Assembly (NCBI GenBank): GCA_964270895.1
Contig: OZ185437.1
Reading direction: 5' to 3' (one strand)
From: Podarcis filfolensis
Taxonomy: Eukaryota
DNA length: 64,000 nucleotides
Shown: positions 12,509-23,200 of the stretch, one piece after another
Layout of the letters: every line of letters begins with the position of its first letter
How positions within the stretch are numbered: the first letter of the stretch is position 1
Notes under the pieces: model-generated
What the model was told of the DNA's origin: nothing
Databases searched by the model: none
Seen by the model: the letters and a program-made list of their open reading frames with translations, nothing else
Translations under genes and position numbers: made by a program

Positions 12509-15500
12509 TCAAACATCAGGATCAATATTATCTGAACTTACCAGGTACTCTGCAGAGCTTTCAGTTACTTCTGAAGTCAACTTACTGTTAATCTCATATC
12601 TACTATCATTATTTTCCACTTCATCTGTCTTGTTTAACTCCCTTCCAGATGCCTGCATCTCATTCTTGACAATGTACAATTCGTTGTCACCTGAGCCCCC
12701 CACTTCTACAGATGTTTTCTGTAGATCTAGAAGGAAGGATTCCTTGCACTCAGTTGCTTGGCATTGTACATTTTTTTCGTTGCTACTCAATGGTGGCATA
12801 TCAGAAGTGCTGTCTCTGCTAACATCTGATTGCAATACCATGGAAATTGGAGGCATGTCCTGCATTTCGATGAGTGACATGCTTGGTCCATCAGTGCTAC
12901 CATTTGATGCAGGAGACACTATGTCTGGGACAATTACATCAGAAACCAAGGAGCAAAATTTATCCTCTTCCTCACCAGATGCTAACTCAACAAAAGCAAT
13001 CATTTCTGGTTCAATTGCAGGTTGCTCAATGCCCATTTCTCTAGTTTTGTTGGACCCTAAAGAAATGGATGAAACGGTTTCTAACTTTGGACTCCCTACA
13101 ATATCCTCATTCAGAATTTCAGATGGTAGGATGCCCAGATGTTCACGTTCTACCTCAATATCTCCCAGACTAAAATTAATGGTTTCTATTTCCAGGCTTG
13201 GTTTCAATCTAGGAGAATCATTAGGCTTTATTTCTCCAGACTTTGGAGAAGGGGCTGTAGAATGATCAAAGTTAAGTTCTGAATAAGTGCTATTCAAGTC
13301 CAAGTCACCAGCTGCTGAGGTATCCAAGATCCCAGTGTTCATGTCTGTGAATGTAAGGGCTACCTCTCCAAGATGCTCAACACTAATTTCTGTTGGAAGA
13401 GCACCTAGTGGTTCTTGAACCATCTCTGGCTGAACACTGGAAAAGTGAGTGCTATATGTTTCTACAGAACCTCTCTCTGCATTGTCATTTAAACTGAGAT
13501 CAGATTCAGAAGGCCCACACCCATTATTTTTTATAAACATTAATTCTGCACTGGAACGAAGTTCATCATTTGCAGAAGACATACTGCCCAAAGTTTCAGC
13601 TCCCTTAGCTTGGGAATCCTTGGTTTCACAGCTTAATGGATGTTGACTAATTTCTTCATGTTTCCCTAGTGTACTGCTTATCATTGTTACGTTAACAAGG
13701 CACTCATTTGACATCTCTTCTGATACTGGAACACCAACTACATTACAATTTTCATCATCGTTTGGCTGAGAACTAGTCAACAATTTTTGTTCATTATTTA
13801 TACAGGAATTATTAAATTCATCTGTATTTAAAGGCGTCAATCCAGGATCTATGTTCTGGACCTCTGAAGTCTGCGGACTTTCATCACTGACTGCTGATTC
13901 AAGCCTATCAAGGCCCACATTGCCCCATTTTAGATCCAATAATGGTTCTTTATTGGAACTCTGATCTATCATTGCTATTTGAGGATTTTCCTTATTCACT
14001 TTTGAAGATGAGGCTGGCTCCCATGCCAGTGGACTCTGAACATGCACCTCTGAAACCCACATAGAAATTGTTGATTCAGAGCTGTCATCAAGTTGCTTAT
14101 CTTCTGTTATAGTATGGCCTTCTCCCTTAGGGGTATCAATTTGTGTTTCAAATAACCGAGACTCATGCTCCTGACTAACAACAAACTGATGTCCTGCAAA
14201 TTCTGTATGTTCTCCTCCTACATCTCTCTCACCTAAACTTGTCAAATATGTTTTCATCTCCAAACTTTTACTGATCTTGTTTAATTTGGATTTATCCATT
14301 TTCTGCTGGTCTTGTAACTCGTCGCTGATGTCTGTGCCACTTGCCACACCAACATCTTCAGCAGTAAAGTCAGTCTCATTTTCTGCCATTTGCATTATTA
14401 ACTCTTTCTTACCAGAAAATTTAAACTCTGCCATCTCATGCCCCAGAGGTTTATTGCTAACATCTTTTAGAAGAGCCTCTTGGTCTTCTGACAATTGCAG
14501 TGCTAATTCTTTATCATCAGGAGATTTATACTCTGCTGTCCTGCACTCCAATGAATTCTGGCAAAATTCTTCCAAAGAAGTATTGCTTTCTGGCAACTGC
14601 ATGGCTAATCCTGCTGTCTTAAATTCAGATCGTTTCTTGCTAACATTGTGCTCTTTTAAAAGAGCAACATGGTCTTCTGACATATGTAAGCCTAATTCCT
14701 TATCATCTGGAAATTTAAAGTCTGTTGTCTCAAGGTCTGCAGGTTTGTTGCTAAAATCATCCAAAGGAAAAACACTGCTTTCTGACAACTCCACTGTTAG
14801 TTCTTTATCATCAGGAGATTTAACGTCTGTTGTCTTAAGGCCTGTGGGCTTGTTGGTAAGATCATCCAAAGGAGGAACACTGCTCTCTGGCAACTGCATA
14901 GCAAATTCTGCTGTCTCCAGTTCCAATGACTTCTTGTTATCATGTTCCTGTGACAACTGCATTGCTGATTCTTTATCATCAAGAGATTTAAACACTGCTT
15001 CCTCACACACAGATGGATTCTTGTGAAGTTCTTCCAAAGGAGAAGCATTGCTTTCTGGCAACTGCATGGCTAATTCTGCAGTCTCCAGCTCTGATGGCTT
15101 CTTGCTAACATCTTCTAAGAGATCAACATGGTTTTCTGACAATTTCATTTCCAATTCTTTATCATCATCAGATTTAAAATCTGTTGTCACAAGATCAGCG
15201 GGTTTGTTGCTAAAGTCATCCAAAGAAGGAACATTGCTTTCTGGCAACTGCAGCACAAATTCTTCTGTCCCCAGCTCCGATGGCTTCTTAGTACCAGGTT
15301 TCAGGGACAACTGCATTGTTAATTCATCATCATCAGGAGATTTAACCTCTGCTGCCTCACATACTGAGGAATTCTTGTAGAGTTCTTCCAAAGGAGAAGC
15401 ATTGCTTTCTGGCAACTGCATAGCTAACTCTATTGTTTCAAGTTCAGGTGCTTTCTTGCTAACATCTTCTAAAAGAGCAACACGATCTACTGACAACTGC

Positions 15501-17239
15501 ACTGCTAATTCTTTATCATCATCAGATTTAAAATCTGTTGTCTCAGGGGCATTTACTGAAAAATCATTGGATTCATATTTTAATATTGACTGTGCATCTG
15601 AAAGAGAGATTTTCTTTGATTCCCTCTCAACACCAGTTTTAAAGTTTTCTTCATAGGCTGCCAAAAGTTTCTCAACTTCAGCATCATCTGTTTCTGGGGT
15701 CTTGTCATTTAAAGGGATTTTGCTAACATCTGAGGTACTGTGTATGTTTTGTAGAGTTTCTTGTGTGACAGGCTTGCTGCTTGATTTGGGATCTGCCAGC
15801 TGGTCTGTTTTTTTCTGTCTCTCAACAGGATTTGATTTAATTTTATCTGAAGTTGCAGAGTTCACAGACTTGCTATCAGCTGGACTCCTCCCACTGCGGT
15901 TGTAGAAAATATCATATAGATCTTTGGCATTACCTGCTGCCAGGCAAGAATTCTTTTTCTCCAGTTTTTTAACATGGTCTCTGAAAATAGTTGGTGGTGG
16001 CAAAGGATGGGGACACATGGGCACTGCCAGTATGTTTTTATCATCCTCAGACACACCAGGAGCCATGTCATCTGCAAGGATGGTTGCTTGTTTTGGTGGC
16101 ACTGCGGGTGGAGGTGGGAATAACATTGCTGGTGGTACTGGCAGTGCTACTGACAGTGGTGGCCCTGCTGGGAGTGGAAGTAGAGGACGACGCCGATTAG
16201 GTCTCTCAAAAATACCCAATCTTGTAATTTGCTCCTTTATCACAGCAGCAAGTTCCCGTGCCTTTGCTTGTGCTTTTGCCACAACATTAGCTTGCTCCTG
16301 TGCCTTTGCTGCTTGTTCTTGTGCTATTGCTGTGGTCGCCTTTGCATGTTCCGCAGCTTTTGCATGTTCTACAGCCCGGGACACAGCTTCATCATCAGGT
16401 TCCTCTGTTTGTTCTGGTACCGTTGCATTCTCCTGTGAACCCTTTAAAACTACTACTTCTCCCCCAAATGCTTTCGAAATAATATCAGGAGGTAGAACAA
16501 GTTCTGGATTACCCTCTTTTACAACAGGAAGTGGCTTGGTGCTAGCACCAGAGGATTTTATGGATAAGAAAGTATTCAAAGGTGCAGGCTTGCTTACTGT
16601 TGCTGTTGCTGACTTTCTGAGAACCATCATGGGGGCTGGTAAATTGGGCCTGATTTTTGCTTGTGATGATGTTGAAACAACTGGTGTCCAGGGACTAGTG
16701 TGTGGGATAACAGTTTTCCCAGACAATTTAATTGCAATTGGCTTTGAATTTGGTTTTCCAGATTGTGACTTGCTTTCTTTATCTTTACTTTCCTCAAAGC
16801 TCTCCTCCTTAGGGGCAGTTACATCTTTGCCTTGATTTTTTTCATCTCTCTCAGTCTTCCTCCAGCTGAACTTTCCAAAAGATGTCATTCTTGACTCCTT
16901 TGGTGGTTCCTCTTTTTTCCCTTCCTTCTTTTCAACCTCTTTGTCATCTTTTTTCAATTTAAGCTTAATCCCACATTTCTGGCCATTAGAAACTCCTTTC
17001 CTTTTATTAGACTCATTTTCATTATCCCCATCTCCTAGTTCTTTGGAATTCTTTGGTTCCTCTTTACTTTTTCGTTCCTCTTTCCTTGCCACTTTCACTG
17101 CTTTTTCGTCTCTCTCTTCTTTTTGCTTTTCACACAGCTTCCGTTTCAACCGGCGTTCTGTTTCTTGAATCACAGACAATCCTGCCTGACGGTCAATGTT
17201 CCTTCTCTCTTCATAGAGTGGATTTTCATCCACATATTT
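12509..17239 (-). CDS. ZNF318: ZNF318 terminal coding exon 10 (4731 nt; acidic, mostly low-complexity; contains the tandem repeat)
   Basis: cttgtcttcacag|AAA TAT GTG; uninterrupted ORF from KYVDENPLYEERR to ...DNIDPDV-stop at 12509. Confidence 0.95.
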   Translation of the reverse strand, partial: KYVDENPLYEERRNIDRQAGLSVIQETERRLKRKLCEKQKEERDEKAVKVARKEERKSKEEPKNSKELGDGDNENESNKRKGVSNGQKCGIKLKLKKDDKEVEKKEGKKEEPPKESRMTSFGKFSWRKTERDEKNQGKDVTAPKEESFEESKDKESKSQSGKPNSKPIAIKLSGKTVIPHTSPWTPVVSTSSQAKIRPNLPAPMMVLRKSATATVSKPAPLNTFLSIKSSGASTKPLPVVKEGNPELVLPPDIISKAFGGEVVVLKGSQENATVPEQTEEPDDEAVSRAVEHAKAAEHAKATTAIAQEQAAKAQEQANVVAKAQAKARELAAVIKEQITRLGIFERPNRRRPLLPLPAGPPLSVALPVPPAMLFPPPPAVPPKQATILADDMAPGVSEDDKNILAVPMCPHPLPPPTIFRDHVKKLEKKNSCLAAGNAKDLYDIFYNRSGRSPADSKSVNSATSDKIKSNPVERQKKTDQLADPKSSSKPVTQETLQNIHSTSDVSKIPLNDKTPETDDAEVEKLLAAYEENFKTGVERESKKISLSDAQSILKYESNDFSVNAPETTDFKSDDDKELAVQLSVDRVALLEDVSKKAPELETIELAMQLPESNASPLEELYKNSSVCEAAEVKSPDDDELTMQLSLKPGTKKPSELGTEEFVLQLPESNVPSLDDFSNKPADLVTTDFKSDDDKELEMKLSENHVDLLEDVSKKPSELETAELAMQLPESNASPLEELHKNPSVCEEAVFKSLDDKESAMQLSQEHDNKKSLELETAEFAMQLPESSVPPLDDLTNKPTGLKTTDVKSPDDKELTVELSESSVFPLDDFSNKPADLETTDFKFPDDKELGLHMSEDHVALLKEHNVSKKRSEFKTAGLAMQLPESNTSLEEFCQNSLECRTAEYKSPDDKELALQLSEDQEALLKDVSNKPLGHEMAEFKFSGKKELIMQMAENETDFTAEDVGVASGTDISDELQDQQKMDKSKLNKISKSLEMKTYLTSLGERDVGGEHTEFAGHQFVVSQEHESRLFETQIDTPKGEGHTITEDKQLDDSSESTISMWVSEVHVQSPLAWEPASSSKVNKENPQIAMIDQSSNKEPLLDLKWGNVGLDRLESAVSDESPQTSEVQNIDPGLTPLNTDEFNNSCINNEQKLLTSSQPNDDENCNVVGVPVSEEMSNECLVNVTMISSTLGKHEEISQHPLSCETKDSQAKGAETLGSMSSANDELRSSAELMFIKNNGCGPSESDLSLNDNAERGSVETYSTHFSSVQPEMVQEPLGALPTEISVEHLGEVALTFTDMNTGILDTSAAGDLDLNSTYSELNFDHSTAPSPKSGEIKPNDSPRLKPSLEIETINFSLGDIEVEREHLGILPSEILNEDIVGSPKLETVSSISLGSNKTREMGIEQPAIEPEMIAFVELASGEEEDKFCSLVSDVIVPDIVSPASNGSTDGPSMSLIEMQDMPPISMVLQSDVSRDSTSDMPPLSSNEKNVQCQATECKESFLLDLQKTSVEVGGSGDNELYIVKNEMQASGRELNKTDEVENNDSRYEINSKLTSEVTESSAEYLVSSDNIDPDV

Positions 17240-20200
17240 CTGTGAAGACAAGGAAAAGTTTCAGCGCTGTTACTTAATGTGAAATTTCAGTAGTGGTACA
17301 GGTTTGTCTTCCTCAATATTTTATTTTCCTCATCACCACCCCACTACTAATTGTACTTGCTGAGAAATGCAAGAGGGAAGAGATAGAGTGGTTTTCCTAG
17401 ACAATTATTATTCAGAATATCTACATTAGCAAAGCTCAGTCGGTATAGCATGAGACACTCTCAGGTTCATAGGTTCATACAGTGACTCAAAAAGATTGAA
17501 AGCCCTTCCCAGCTCTACCTGGAGATGCCAGGGACAGAATTCAGAACCTTTTGCATATTAAGTATATGTCATGCCACTTAGCTACAGCTTCTCCTCCCTT
17601 TTGCAACAGAAAAAGACTTTAAGACTTCAATAGGATGACTTTTAAACATTTTTATTCAAAACGAATACTCCAGGTACCTTATATTTCTCATTATGTAGAT
17701 TAATTTTCACATGTTGTTCTGCTGATATCTGATCTCCAAAAAATTCTTGGCACAGCTGACAGTAATATCCAGTGACTGGGATTAGAAATTCAGAACCTGA
17801 AATGCCGCCCAAAACAATCAATTACAGAAATAAGATAATAAGACACGCTACAGCTTTGAACAACAAAAAATCCAAACAAAACACAAAAAGTACACAAAAA
17901 AGCCCTACAATTGAAATGAGCCAGTTAACCATGGATTCCACTTGAAACAAACTGATCTGAAGAATGGAAACTACACTTGTTCAACAATTCTTATCACTGT
18001 ATACTTTGTTTATCATTCAAATACAAATTTATGTTGCATTTCAATCCCCAACTAATTCAGTAACAAAGCAATTCATGCAAACAAAATAGCTGTCAGGCGT
18101 TTACTTGGAAGTGACAGTCTTGTTGACACTAATAAGACAAAGCATTTCTTGGCAGTAAGGTGAACAATCTGGCCCTCCTAAACACCACTTAAACTATAAA
18201 AAGCAACTTACCTTTGGCAGGAACTGGTATCTTGTCAATGCGTTTTGTAAGGTCTTGCTTTGTTTCAGTTTGAGTCTTCAAATCCCAAGGTCTGTTATAT
18301 GGATCCAAGGTCTGTTTACAATGACAAAAGAAATATTAAAATGAGGTCTGCTTTCCTGCCAAATGCTAAAAGCACTGAGGAAAAACAGAACTATACATAC
18401 CAAGTGGGCATGTACTGAACTGTCTCACATATTGACACTCAAAATGAAGCTGGGATTCAAATAGTTACCCTCAGACATTGAATATGTAAGAAAATATAAA
18501 AGTTGTTCTGTTTGATGTTTAAAATATTGGTATCTTAATTTTGGGTTAAAAAAAAACAGAGGGCGTCTTATACGTGGAAAAATATAGTAAGTGACAAACC
18601 ATACCAAAAAGATTAGGAATAAGAACTTATTCCAAACTGTATTTTCTAAAAGGAAAGTTGATTGGCATGTAGTTCTTTGCTTTCTACAAAACATTATTTT
18701 ACAACTTGGAAGAGCAAATTAAAACTACTTAATGAAAACCCAATAGCACACACCTGTCTGTGCTTCTTATTATGCATATGTGTGAAGAAATCAAACATGG
18801 TCCCACAGATGGTATTGCAGTCCTTGCACCAGTGGTTTCCCGTGTCATAATAGTCATAAATATTCGTTTCCTGGGAATGCTGTTTGGATGGCTGAAAATG
18901 AGATTCTGTAGACTTGGGGCTCCTGCACCCAGGTTTGTCATTAGTTTTTAAATCCTAAATTGGAAAAAAAATGAAATATTACTAACTGTGGAATGACAGC
19001 CAGTGCCTCAAAACTAGCCTTTAGTAAAAAGCACACAAAATATACATATATGTAACTATATATCACCTGCTTGTCAATGCCCAGGATAATTCCACCATTT
19101 CAGTGAGCTGGCACTGCTGACTCAGATGTTGTTCAGTCAACAGGAAAGAACTTCCAACGAGACTCAAGCATGTTGCCAAGGTTGCAGGTACTAAGCAATC
19201 AAGGGATGACATCCCATGGAGTACATGGTGCATGTGTGTGGTATGCATACTTAAGTACAAAATACTTGAGTACCAAATACCCAGCAACTCCCAATGAATT
19301 TGTAAATTCTCAAAAACACTTAAAAGTCTTTGAAAAAGCCAGTCACTTTGCATACTCTCTCTATATGAAACAAAATAAAATAAACACACACCTCTTCAGA
19401 TACACGAAAGCTCATACCAATAACCAACCTAGGTGGTCTCTAAGGTGCTACTGGAAGGAATTTTTTTGTTTTGTTTTGTTTTGTTTCGACTACGGCAGAC
19501 CAACACGGCTACCTACCTGTAACTACTTTATATGATACACTCTATATTGTGGCAAAGCGCAAGTGCTCAGGTTCTAAGGTTCTAAGCTGTCACTGAAGAA
19601 AGCTTGCAGAAGAAGAATCTGGTCTGTCTCAAATCTTGAATTACTGACTCTGCTATTGCATTTAACATACATGAGAAATAGGGTCTATTATGTCATGCTG
19701 TTTGACTCTTTGATCCCCTAGAAGTATAATATATGTGATAAAACTCTTTAAAAATCCACAACCCTAGGAAAGCCTCCCTAAACGAGTTGTAAAGTTGCAG
19801 GGGAAACATAAATTGCTCTTCCAACCTATTGTTAAGAACTGACTGGATCAGGAGACCAGAGTACCAACATAAGACCCTTGTATTCCAGTCAAGATACTGT
19901 AGTTTTTTCTTCCAAAAATGTTTAGGTCAGTCAGTGAAGAAAAGCATTATGTTTAATGTTGTGTGCTCATATCCTCTAACTCCCTTCTTTGAGAATTATA
20001 AAGAATGTTTTGGCATTATGTAGACATCCCCCTCCTCTTTCACTGATCTGCTTGCTCCCACAAATAATGGGCTGTGAGCTCTAGAAACTGATTAGTTTTT
20101 TTGTAAGAGCAGATATGCTGTGATCAAGCCAATGGCCCATCTAGTCTAGCATCCTGTCTATGGGAAGCCTACAAACAGGGTCTGGTCGGCAAAGCAGACT

Positions 20201-23200
20201 TAAGGAGATCACATATCCAGTGTTTTCCATAGTGTTTCACTTTCAGAAGAGCTAGGAAATTTCTCTTATAGTTTCCAAGTTAATGAGTAGCAGAAGGGAA
20301 AATCCATCCTGATGCAAGCAGGCTGTTTTGGAAGGCAACCCAAATTAGAATTGCATTCCCACTAAATTTTCTTGGGTTTTTTTCTGTCATTTTTGCAAAG
20401 ACTGTGTCACTCCACACTTATGATCGACAAGAAAAAACATGCATGTTGTCTCCTTCCAGAATAATTATCAGATTCTTTACATCAAACCAGAAAATGCCAC
20501 AATGATTTCTTCCCTTTTTAAAATGTTTATTAAAGAAAATGAAGGCTATTCCAGAAGCATGAAAAATCTGCCTGAGGTAGATTTCAAGTCAAAAGGTAAT
20601 CATAGCAAGTCAAAAGATAATCATAGCATTATTTAAGACAGAAAAAAACAGGAATGAATCATATTCAGCACCACATAGACTTCTCTCTTTATGCACTTCC
20701 TCAGGCTGAAGGGAAGAAAAAAAATCAACATTATATTATGGGTGTTGTGTTTTTAGCAATTTCTATTAATTCAATTTATGTAAGTTTTTCAAAACTGGAC
20801 CACACAGAAAGCTATTTGAAATTAAAATTACAAGCTCCATGAAATAATCAACATTCATGGTCCTTCAGAAACTACTTGATAACTGTTGTGCATAAACATT
20901 CTGGTTTTTTCCTACTCTGCAGAATGTCGTCAGATTATTCTAACACCAGCCTCCTCTTAAAATCATTCCCTCCACTCCTGGACCAGTGGAAAGGATTCAG
21001 GAAAGACTATTACCTCCCTGTCTTAGGCCTTTCTATCACCAACTTCCCTGTGGGAAGGATCTTGATTATTATTATTTTTGTTGATATTGTTTATTGTATT
21101 TTTTACGAATTTAATGTTACTTTTAAGTCACATGGTAAGAATGTGTGACCCCCAAAGTCAGGATACTAATAATAAATAAAAATTATGTCAAACACAAGTG
21201 ACAGCTTAACAAAGTTTGAACTTAATATGTAAGAAGCGGGTGGCAAGAAATTCTTCCAAACACCCTGTTTTTACCAAAAGTGAGAACATCAGTTAGAATC
21301 AGCACTTAGAATTTTACCTTGACTGAGTTGGAAGTTCTCTCCTGACCTTTTGCATTTTCTGACTTGTTTTTTTCTGATGAGTCCTTATTTTCTGAAGATT
21401 GCTTCCGGGACTTCTCAAATATATTAATACCCAGGATCTGAGCTACTTTGTCAAGCTCAGATTGTTTCTTCTCTGCAGCCTCTGCATGTAACTTCAGCTG
21501 AGAAATCTCATTCATGATGTTCTCCTGTAGTTTGTTCACTTCTATTAGCAAAGGGTCTTTGTGTCCATCCTTCTCCCTACGTTTCTTCCGCAGCATCTCC
21601 CCTGAGTCGGTCAAAGTAGTGGAGTAGGAAGCATAAGAAAATCATGTTAACACATGCAAAATTATTTTGTGTACTTAAATGTGACCCACACCATTCTGTT
21701 AGGCCCAAATGCCAGAAAGTTATGTCCACATTACTGAATGCAGAACTGGCAATAATCAATACAGGATCCACAATAATTAATTCCTGTTTAGGATAATATT
21801 TAGGGGTGCCTAAATTAGTAGAAGTAAAAATAATCCTACACTTGGTATCACCACTATAGGGAAAAATGAGGCATAAAATGAGAGAAAACAGTACCTTGCT
21901 GTTTTAAAAGTCGTTCTAATTCAGTCCTGAGATAGTGCAGTTTCTTTTGTCGTGCTTCCTGTTCAGACCTCAACTTCTCTCTTTCCTCCATTACCTAGAA
22001 AGTTAATGAAGGAAACAAAGATATAAAAATACCCTCTTTCATCGACCAGTCAAAGAAACGCTGGGATGACTCCCACTGCTTTTTCTTGAATTTGAGAAAT
22101 TCCAATAATCATGTTAAAGTATCCTTGAGGATTAGTATCTGATGCAAATGCATCTCTGCTCAGAGGTTGCAGCTAATTTATTCTATGCTGTATCTATGTT
22201 GATTTTTCAATCAAAATAAAAGTTTAATAATTAAGTAACTTTTGCTTTTCTCTCAACTACAGAGGAAGTTCTTTGAAATGAGTGAAGGGGCTGCAGATGG
22301 AAAATGTTATTTAAAAAAATCATACACACCCCTTCCTGCTCACAGAAGCCTCCAGTCTGAAAGAATGTTCTGTCAAAGGAGGGACACAACTGGATGCTTA
22401 ATTAAAATTAAGCATGCTTAAGCCCACTGAAATCAATGGGCTGCAGCACATACTAACTCTGTTGGAACGTAGCCATAATCTGCTGCAATGTAATAATATT
22501 TAAGCATCCATTTTTGGAAATTTTGCCTGTTTTCCTGGTGAATTTAGTCTTGTACTAGTTACTATTCTAGAATCTTATTATTTAGTAGATGTTTCTCTTC
22601 ACTCCTAAATGAAGACACCAAATGCACAAATGCAACTGAATATAAAAAGAAAACCTAAAAGAGATTTTTGTGAGAACCTTGCTAATTTGGGATATTTCAC
22701 AGGACTGTAATCTGTTTCACTTTGTTTCAAGAATTTTAAATGCTACTTGAAACACACTAAGAAACTCAACTCAGTAATAAGATGTGTCCTTGTTTCCAGT
22801 GTTTATAAGGCATCTCCTGCCACAGATTAATTGAACAGTCAAATATTTTTAAACACTGGAGGCACATTCTATTCCAAAAACAGCAATCAAGATTGAAAAA
22901 TAAACACAGATACTCAGCATTCTTATGCCTTTAGATTGTGTGTTGTAAGAAACAAAATTATCAAGATCATTAAAAATACTCACCTTTAGCTTCTGAGAAG
23001 CCCGATTTCTTTCATCGGATATTCTTTCTTTAACACTTTTAAGAAAAGGCTGAGAAAACTGAGGGGATAATTTTGAGTAAGTCGTAGCACTAGGGATTTG
23101 TACAAGCACAGAGTCATCTCTCTTGGTATCGGGAGTCCCTTTGCCTGTGGAAACCGTCTCAATAACTCGGAGGTTGGGTCGCGTGGGATTTGATGGTACT

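Noticed and set aside
12630-17168. Long plus-strand ORFs (211, 249, 110 and 303 aa, etc.) opposite ZNF318 exon 10
   Set aside because: Most, including the longest, lie in the codon-aligned antisense frame. Their starts and stops repeat with the 354-nt period (15026/15380, 15048/15402) and they are Ser/Leu-rich shadows of the sense codons. There is no sign of an independent gene.
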